Assembly (NCBI GenBank): GCA_965116475.1
Contig: OZ220691.1
Location: forward strand, 2,560,001-2,624,000
From: Gemmatimonadota bacterium
GTDB lineage: Bacteria > Gemmatimonadota > Gemmatimonadetes > Palauibacterales > Palauibacteraceae
DNA: 64,000 nt
Direction of reading: 5' to 3'
Positions 58,076 to 64,000 of the stretch are shown here, in pieces. Made by a program: the position numbers and the translations under genes. Under the pieces are notes generated by a model. The model saw only the letters and a list, made by a program, of their open reading frames with translations. It did no database searches and had not been told where the DNA came from. How positions within the stretch are numbered: the stretch's first letter is position 1; each line of letters starts with the position of its first letter.

Positions 58076-58570
58076 GTGATCCTCGACATCCGCACCTTCG
58101 GAGACCCCGTACTGCGGGAGAAATGCGCCCCCGTGACGGAGATCGACGATGAGGTCCGCCGGCTCGCCGCCGACATGCAGGAGACGATGTACGACGCGGA
58201 CGGCATCGGCCTCGCGGCGCCCCAGGTGGGCGTGCCGATCCGTCTCTTCGTGTACGATGTGCGCCAGGAGGGGATCTCGCCCGGCGTCCTCGTGAACCCC
58301 GAGATCGTCGAGGAGGAGGGCGCGGTGAAGGAGGAGGAGGGGTGCCTGAGCATCCCCGGACTGTCGGAGACCGTCGAGCGCAGCGAGTCCATCGTCGCCC
58401 GCGGCCTCGGGCTCGACGGAGAGCCGGTGGAGATCCGCGCCGACGGCATTCTGAGCCGCTGCATCCAGCACGAGAAGGACCACCTCGACGGGATCCTCTT
58501 CCTGGACCGCGTGAGCCCGCTCAAGCGCAAGATCCTGCTCGCGAAGTGGCGGAAACAGGAGCGGGACTGA
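58076..58570 (+). CDS. def: Peptide deformylase
   Basis: GIGLAAPQVG, EGCLS, QHEKDH. Confidence 0.96.
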   Translation: MILDIRTFGDPVLREKCAPVTEIDDEVRRLAADMQETMYDADGIGLAAPQVGVPIRLFVYDVRQEGISPGVLVNPEIVEEEGAVKEEEGCLSIPGLSETVERSESIVARGLGLDGEPVEIRADGILSRCIQHEKDHLDGILFLDRVSPLKRKILLAKWRKQERD

Positions 58571-58603
58571 AGCGGCTGCGGGCGGCATGAGGGTCCTCCT
58601 CCC

Positions 58604-59608
58604 ATGAGAGTTCTGTTCTGGGGTACGCCGGAGTTCGGGCTCCCCTCGCTGGAAGCGATGCGCGAGGCGGGGCACGATATCGCGGGCGTCGTCACGAACC
58701 CGGATCGGCGCGCCGGCCGGGGGAGGCGTCCACGGACGAGTCCGGTGAAGGCGTGGGCGCTCGAGGCCGGCGTGCCCGTGCTCCAACCCGAGCGTCCCGG
58801 CGAGGAGGGCTTTCTCGCCGCGGCCCGCCGCCTGCGCCCCGACATCTCCGTCGTCGCGGCGTACGGCCGTCTGCTCCCGCCGGCGGCGCTGGACCTGCCG
58901 CCGCTCGGGTCGGTGAACGTGCACGCGTCGCTGCTGCCCGCGCTGCGCGGCGCGGCGCCCATCAACTGGGCCATCATCCGGGGGCACCGCGAATCCGGGG
59001 TCAGCATCCAGCGCATGGTCGCGGCACTCGACGCGGGACCCGTGCTCGGACAGACCCGCATCCCCATCCCGGCGGCGATGACGGCCGGGGAGCTGTACGC
59101 GGAGGCCGCGGAGGCGGGGGGTGCGCGGCTCGTTGCGGTGCTCGACGACCTGGCGTCCGGGCGGGCGGTGGAGCGGCCGCAGGACGACGCGCGGGCCACG
59201 TGGGCGCCGAAGCTGGACCGCGCGGCCGCGCGCATCGACTGGTCCCGCCCCGCGGCCGAAGTCGCGAACTGGCTCCGCGGCTGCGACCCCTGGCCCGCCG
59301 CGTGGACGGAGTTGGTGGCGCCCGCCGCCCTCGCCGGAAAAACCCTGCAGTGCTTCGAACCGCGCGTTGAAGGCCCCCGCGCGGAGCCGGACGCTGCGCC
59401 GGGTACGGAGCCGGACGCAGAGTCGGACGCAGAGCTGGACGCAGCGCCGGGCACGGTCGTGCGGGCCGACCCCGTGCGGGGACTGCGCGTCGCGACCGGG
59501 TCGGGCACGATCGCCGTGGGCGCCGTGAAGCCGGCCGGCCGCCGCCGCATGAGCACGGCCGAGTGGGTGCGGGGCCTCCCGGATCCGAAGGAGGTCCGCT
59601 TCGGCTGA
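58604..59608 (+). CDS. fmt: Methionyl-tRNA formyltransferase
   Basis: GTPEF, VVAAYG, NVHASLLP..RGAAPI, LDAG. Confidence 0.95.
   Translation: MRVLFWGTPEFGLPSLEAMREAGHDIAGVVTNPDRRAGRGRRPRTSPVKAWALEAGVPVLQPERPGEEGFLAAARRLRPDISVVAAYGRLLPPAALDLPPLGSVNVHASLLPALRGAAPINWAIIRGHRESGVSIQRMVAALDAGPVLGQTRIPIPAAMTAGELYAEAAEAGGARLVAVLDDLASGRAVERPQDDARATWAPKLDRAAARIDWSRPAAEVANWLRGCDPWPAAWTELVAPAALAGKTLQCFEPRVEGPRAEPDAAPGTEPDAESDAELDAAPGTVVRADPVRGLRVATGSGTIAVGAVKPAGRRRMSTAEWVRGLPDPKEVRFG
59381..59452 (+). repeat. In-frame 12-nt tandem repeat x6 in fmt (AEPD/AAPG/TEPD/AESD/AELD/AAPG)
   Basis: Six degenerate 12-mers, for example GCAGAGTCGGAC GCAGAGCTGGAC. Confidence 0.85.
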
Positions 59609-59624
59609 GCCACGACTCCCCCGA

Positions 59625-60362
59625 TTGCACGTCCTTGTCTCGGAGCGGGAACTGGGCGACGCGGGCGACCCGGGCAGTGTGGGCGGCCCGGGCGGTGTGA
59701 GCGACGCGTGCGACCCGGGCGATCTCGTGGCGGTCGAGCGCGTGCTGGAGCGCGCGGCCCCCGTCGCGGTCCATCTGCGCGCCCGGATCGCCGCCCGCCG
59801 CCTGTTCGAAATCGCGGACCGGCTCGCTCCCATCGCGGCGCGCGCCGGGAGCTGGCTCGTCGTGAACGGGCGGCCTGATGTGGCGCTGGCGGCGGGTGCG
59901 CGGGCCGTACAACTTGGGCGCGGGTCGCTCGGGGTGGAGGAGACGCGCCGAGCGGTCGAAGCGTGCGCGCGGCGGCTGGCGATCGGGGCCTCCGTGCACG
60001 ACGCGGAGGGCGCGCTCAGGGCCGCCCGGGAGGGCGCCGACTACATCGTGCTCGGCACGATCTACGCGACGCCCTCGCACCCGGGGGTCGAGGGGAGCGG
60101 TCCTGCCGCCGTGTCCGCGGTCCGCCGGCGACTCACCGCCCACCGGCTTGCCGTGCAGCGCCTGTCCGCCCGGCGTCCGCCCCCGGTCCTCGCGATCGGA
60201 GGCGTGAACGCGGACCGGGTGGAGGAGGTGACGGAGGCCGGGGCGCACGGCATCGTGGTGGGCCGGGCCGTGTGGTCCGCGCCCGACCCGGCGCGCGCCG
60301 CGCTCGACCTTCGCCGACAGCTCGACGGCCTGCACCGGGGGAGATCATGCAGATACAGGTGA
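59625..60362 (+). CDS. Thiamine-phosphate synthase/TenI family protein
   Basis: VVNGRPDVA, IGASVH, GADYIVLG, AIGGV, AGAHGI; lies before thiS-thiG. Confidence 0.8.
   Translation: MHVLVSERELGDAGDPGSVGGPGGVSDACDPGDLVAVERVLERAAPVAVHLRARIAARRLFEIADRLAPIAARAGSWLVVNGRPDVALAAGARAVQLGRGSLGVEETRRAVEACARRLAIGASVHDAEGALRAAREGADYIVLGTIYATPSHPGVEGSGPAAVSAVRRRLTAHRLAVQRLSARRPPPVLAIGGVNADRVEEVTEAGAHGIVVGRAVWSAPDPARAALDLRRQLDGLHRGRSCRYR
59655..59723 (+). repeat. In-frame degenerate 9-nt tandem repeat x~7.5 (GDA/GDP/GSV/GGP)
   Basis: GGCGACGCG GGCGACCCG GGCAGTGTG GGCGGCCCG GGCGGTGTG AGCGACGCG TGCGACCCG. Confidence 0.75.
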
Positions 60363-60547
60363 ACGGACGGGAGCGAGACGTTCCCGCGGGAACGTCTGTC
60401 GCCACATTGCTCCGGGATCTCGGACTCGATGGACGCACGCTCGTCGTCGAACTCAACCGGCGGATCGTCCGTCCGCCCGAGACTGAGAGCGCGCGGCTGG
60501 AAGCGGGGGACCGCGTCGAACTCGTCCATTTCGTGGGAGGCGGATGA
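60347..60547 (+). CDS. thiS: Sulfur carrier protein ThiS
   Basis: MQIQVNG...VVELN...GDRVELVHFVGGG, 66 aa with C-terminal GG. Confidence 0.95.
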   Translation: MQIQVNGRERDVPAGTSVATLLRDLGLDGRTLVVELNRRIVRPPETESARLEAGDRVELVHFVGGG

Positions 60548-60548
60548 G

Positions 60549-61325
60549 ATGGCTCCGCTCGAAATCGCCAGCCGCACGTTCGCTTCCCGGCTCATCGTCG
60601 GAACGGGGAAATACCCGAGTCCCGAGGTCATGCTCGAAGCGATCCGGGCCTCCGGCGCCGACATGGTCACCGTCGCGGTGCGCCGCGTCGACATTGAGAA
60701 CCCGGACCGCGACGACATCCTCCGCACGCTGAGCCCGGACGAGTTCAGCCTCCTGCCGAACACCGCGGCCTGCTACAGCGCCGAGGAGGCGATCCGCGCG
60801 GCGCGGCTCGGGCGGGCGGCGGGCCTGAGCGACTGGGTGAAACTCGAAGTCATCGGCGACCCCGACACGCTTCTCCCGCACACCGAGGAGCTGCTCGAGG
60901 CCACGCGCGTGCTCGTCGCCGAGGGGTTCGTGGTCCTCCCGTACACGAACGACGACCTCATCACGGCGCTGCGGCTCGAGGAGGCCGGGGCCGCCGCGGT
61001 GATGCCGCTCGCCTCGCCCATCGGGAGCGGTCTCGGGCTTCTCAACCCGCTCAACATCCGCATCATCAAGTCCCGCCTGTCCGTGCCGGTCATCGTCGAC
61101 GCCGGCGTGGGCACCGCGTCCGACGCCTGCGCGACGATGGAGCAGGGGGTGGACGGGATCCTCATGAACACGGCGATCGCCGCGGCGGAGGATCCGGTGG
61201 AGATGGCCCGCGCCATGCGGCTGGCGGTGGACGCCGGCCGGCGCGCCTACGTCGCCGGCCGCATGCCCCGACGCGAATGGGCGGTGCCGTCGAGTCCGCT
61301 CGAGGGCGTGCCGCCGCCGGCTTGA
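60549..61325 (+). CDS. thiG: Thiazole synthase
   Basis: SRLIVGTGKY, LPNTA, KLEVI, VMPLASPIGSG, VDAGVG, NTAIA. Confidence 0.96.
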   Translation: MAPLEIASRTFASRLIVGTGKYPSPEVMLEAIRASGADMVTVAVRRVDIENPDRDDILRTLSPDEFSLLPNTAACYSAEEAIRAARLGRAAGLSDWVKLEVIGDPDTLLPHTEELLEATRVLVAEGFVVLPYTNDDLITALRLEEAGAAAVMPLASPIGSGLGLLNPLNIRIIKSRLSVPVIVDAGVGTASDACATMEQGVDGILMNTAIAAAEDPVEMARAMRLAVDAGRRAYVAGRMPRREWAVPSSPLEGVPPPA

Positions 61326-62635
61326 ACCCCCGCGCGGCGGCCCACCGGATTCTGGGCGAGGTGCGGCGCGGGACACGCTCCGACCGCGCGGCGTCGCGCC
61401 TCCTCCCGGTCGTGGATCCGGCCGACCGCGGACTCGCGCTGGACATCGCCTTCGGCTGCCTCCGCCTGCGCGCCCGCCTCGACGCCTGGATCGGGGCGTG
61501 CGCGGACCGGCCGCCGTCCCGCATGGACCGCGCGGTGCGCGACTGGCTTCGCATCGGCGCGTACCAGCTGACGGAGTTGCGGACGCCGGACCACGCGGCG
61601 GTGGGCGAGACCGTCGGCGCGGCGCGTTCGGCGCTGGGGCGCGGTCGCGCCGGGTACGTGAACGCCGTTCTCCGGGCGCTCGCGAGGCGCCGCGGGGCCG
61701 CCGGTCCCGCCGGTCCTGCCGGTCCCACTGATCCCTCCGGTCCCTTTCCGGATCCGGACGCGGATCCGGTGGGGCATCTGTGCTCCTGGGGCTCGCATCC
61801 GGAGTGGCTCGTCCGGCGGTGGCTGGCGCGCTGGGAGCTGGCGGACGTGCGGCGGCTCGTCGAGCACCAGAACCGGCCGCCGGATGTCGTCGTCCGCATG
61901 CTGACCGGCGAGGATCCGGCGCCGCCCGACGGCGTGGAACTCAGTCCCGTCCACGGTTGGCCGCGCTCCTTCCGGCTCGAGAAGGGATTGCCCGGGACGG
62001 CGCTCTCCGGCCTGCGGGCCGTGGTTCAGGACCCTGCGGCCTCCGCCGTGGTAGATTATGTGGGCGGCCGGCTCGGCGAGCCGGTGCTCGACGTGTGCGC
62101 GGCCCCGGGCACGAAGGCCCTCGGGCTCGCCGCGGCGTACGGCGTGCCGGTCGCGGCGCTCGACATCTCGCACCGGCGGCTGGACCGCATCGGCGCGCCG
62201 GCCCGGCGGCTCGGGCTGCCGGTGAGCGCGGCGGTCGCCGACGCGCGGCGGCTTCCGGTCGCCGAGGCCGGGACCGTGCTGGCCGATGTGCCCTGCACAG
62301 GCACCGGCGTACTGCGGCGGCGGGCCGACGCCCGCTGGCGGCTCGGACAGCGCGGCCTCGACGACCTCGTGGCCCTGCAGCGCGAGATCGTGGACGCGTG
62401 CGCCGCGGCCGTGAGACCGGGCGGGCTGCTCGTGTACAGCACGTGTTCGCTCGAACGCGAGGAGAACGAGGAACAGGTGGACGCCTTGCTGGACCGCAGG
62501 CCCGACTACCGGCGCGAGCCGCCCCCCGCGGGCGTGCTCAGCGATTGCACGACGCCGAACGGCGACCTCTTCGTGCGTCCGTGGCTCACCGGCACCGACG
62601 GGGCCTACGCGGCGCGCCTGCGGCGGATTGCGTGA
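61322..62635 (+). CDS. rsmB: 16S rRNA m5C967 methyltransferase RsmB-like (NusB domain plus RCMT domain)
   Basis: LRIGAYQL, VNAVLR, SHPEWL, VQD, DVCAAPG, DVPCTGTG, YSTCS; TTGA overlap with thiG. Confidence 0.9.
   Translation: MNPRAAAHRILGEVRRGTRSDRAASRLLPVVDPADRGLALDIAFGCLRLRARLDAWIGACADRPPSRMDRAVRDWLRIGAYQLTELRTPDHAAVGETVGAARSALGRGRAGYVNAVLRALARRRGAAGPAGPAGPTDPSGPFPDPDADPVGHLCSWGSHPEWLVRRWLARWELADVRRLVEHQNRPPDVVVRMLTGEDPAPPDGVELSPVHGWPRSFRLEKGLPGTALSGLRAVVQDPAASAVVDYVGGRLGEPVLDVCAAPGTKALGLAAAYGVPVAALDISHRRLDRIGAPARRLGLPVSAAVADARRLPVAEAGTVLADVPCTGTGVLRRRADARWRLGQRGLDDLVALQREIVDACAAAVRPGGLLVYSTCSLEREENEEQVDALLDRRPDYRREPPPAGVLSDCTTPNGDLFVRPWLTGTDGAYAARLRRIA
61700..61744 (+). repeat. In-frame 9-nt tandem repeat x5 in rsmB (AGP)
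   Basis: GCCGGTCCC GCCGGTCCT GCCGGTCCC ACTGATCCC TCCGGTCCC. Confidence 0.8.
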
Positions 62636-62642
62636 GGGCCCC

Positions 62643-63392
62643 GTGAAACTCCTCCGCCTGGTCCTCCTCTTCGCCGCCATGTTCGGCATCGGCTACGCCT
62701 TCGCCGCGATCCGGCTCTTCCCGGCGGCGGCGGACCCGATCGATGTGGATTTCACCGAGATCCCGGATCTCACGGGCGTCCCCCTGGCCGCCGCCGGCGA
62801 ACGCCTGTCTGCGCTGGGGCTCGTCTCCACCGAGCAGGGCCGGCTCCACCACGGCGAGATTCCCGCCGGCGCCGTCGTCGCTCAGCGGCCGCTCCCCGGC
62901 CAGCTCGCCCGGGCCGGGGACACGATCGTGCTCACCACGAGCGCCGGCATCGAAACGCGCCGCGTACCCGATCTCGCCGGCCTTCCGGGCGGCGAAGCCG
63001 CGACCCTCCTCACCCGGCTCGGCTTCGAGATCGACATCGAGGAAACCGACGAGAGCGCCGTCGCCGGCGCCGTCCGGACCGAGCCCCCCGCGGGGACGAG
63101 CCTCCCGCTTCCCGCCCGCGTCCGCCTCTTCGTCAGCCAGGGGAAGGCGATCGTCTCCGTGCCCGATCTTCAGGGCCGCCACGTGGACGACATCGAGCTT
63201 CTCCTCGAGGAGGTCGATCTCCAACTGGGTGCCGTCCGCTACCAGGTCGAAGGCCCCGGCGTGCAGGGACGCGTCATCTTTCAGAGTCCCGCCCCCGGCT
63301 CCGCCCTCCGCGGAGAGGGGTTCGTCTCCGTGATCGTGGCCGGGACGCCGCCCGACTCGGCGACCGCCGATCTCACGAGGGAGGACCGATAG
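62643..63392 (+). CDS. Membrane-anchored protein with three PASTA domains
   Basis: N-terminal TM; three IPDLTG/VPDLAG/VPDLQG...Q.P.PG repeats. Confidence 0.88.
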   Translation: MKLLRLVLLFAAMFGIGYAFAAIRLFPAAADPIDVDFTEIPDLTGVPLAAAGERLSALGLVSTEQGRLHHGEIPAGAVVAQRPLPGQLARAGDTIVLTTSAGIETRRVPDLAGLPGGEAATLLTRLGFEIDIEETDESAVAGAVRTEPPAGTSLPLPARVRLFVSQGKAIVSVPDLQGRHVDDIELLLEEVDLQLGAVRYQVEGPGVQGRVIFQSPAPGSALRGEGFVSVIVAGTPPDSATADLTREDR

Positions 63393-64000
63393 ATGGACTT
63401 CAAGAGCGCGTTCACGAAGAACTGGCCATACAAGGTCGCGGCGATCGTGCTGTCGGTGCTCCTCTGGCTCAGCGTGTCGGCCGACGCCGAGATCGCCGAG
63501 CAGCCGGTGTCGACGCTCCTCGAGATCCAGGTGAGCGATTCCGCGTGGAGTCTGCGCGAAGTGCGGCCCGCCGAGATCACGACGACCTTCCGCGGCCGCC
63601 GAAACCAGATGTTCGCCGCCCGCTTCGAGCGGCCCGTCATCCGGAAGGTGCTCGACCAGGTCGAGGACACCGTGGTCCAGGTGCCGCTCTCGGCCTCGGA
63701 GGTCATCTACAACGGCGAACTGGGGCTCGATCCCGTGGGCGTCTCTCCGGGAGCCGTGACCGTGTTCCTCGAGGAGCGGGTCGGGAAGCGGGTCGCGGTC
63801 TCCGGGCGGACGGACGCGAGGGCGGCGGCGGGCGTGATGGTCGTCGGCATGCAGGTCGCCCCCGACAGCGTGTGGCTCCAGGGGCCCGCGTCCTTCGTCA
63901 ACCAGATCTCCGAGGTGACGACGGCCATGCTCGAGGTGGGCGCGGTTTCCTCGCGCGTCACCCAGCAACTCGAAATCGCCCTGCCGCCGGATCTTGCGGG
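63393..64000 (+). CDS. YbbR/CdaR-like protein (3' end outside window)
   Basis: Not in the ORF track; ATG after GGAGG; NWPYKVAAIVLSVLLWLSV anchor and V.PDSVWLQGPAS YbbR-like repeat; open to the window end. Confidence 0.8.
   Translation, partial: MDFKSAFTKNWPYKVAAIVLSVLLWLSVSADAEIAEQPVSTLLEIQVSDSAWSLREVRPAEITTTFRGRRNQMFAARFERPVIRKVLDQVEDTVVQVPLSASEVIYNGELGLDPVGVSPGAVTVFLEERVGKRVAVSGRTDARAAAGVMVVGMQVAPDSVWLQGPASFVNQISEVTTAMLEVGAVSSRVTQQLEIALPPDLA

Overview
Very GC-rich, gene-dense bacterial chromosomal segment. Gene content and style suggest Gemmatimonadota, possibly Palauibacterales-like; this is inference only. The right half is mostly housekeeping on the + strand: rnpB, an M16 peptidase pair, a Nudix hydrolase, an ECF sigma/anti-sigma pair, holA, a SPOR protein, mutS, tonB-like, ddl, rhomboid, a divergent EF-G paralog, yebC-ruvCAB-queA-tgt-yajC-def-fmt-thiE/tenI-like-thiS-thiG-rsmB, a PASTA protein and a truncated YbbR/CdaR gene. 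The left half holds metabolic and secreted-protein genes: GGT, a Tat-type amidase with a small partner ORF, fadD, cutA, ctaG/SCO/DUF445, a LeuA-family synthase with an IDH/IMDH-family dehydrogenase, glutaryl-CoA dehydrogenase, a BNR/VPS10 propeller, an MBL hydrolase, mmuM, CBS, an S9 peptidase, an FG-GAP/ASPIC lipoprotein, and a propeller / Ig-IPT-HExxH lipoprotein / beta-barrel operon. Three RNA genes were read from the sequence: a probable 6S RNA with promoter and terminator, tRNA-Arg(UCG), and RNase P RNA. The only clearly accessory segment is a ~1.8 kb AT-richer insert encoding a HipA-like kinase, a HIRAN-domain protein and an antitoxin-like ORF remnant. A window-wide pattern is the many in-frame 9/12/15/18-nt tandem-repeat expansions inside conserved enzymes. 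No CRISPR array, integrase or transposase was seen. Several start codons were re-assigned by eye from the ORF track, and all family calls are from motif recognition, not database searches.
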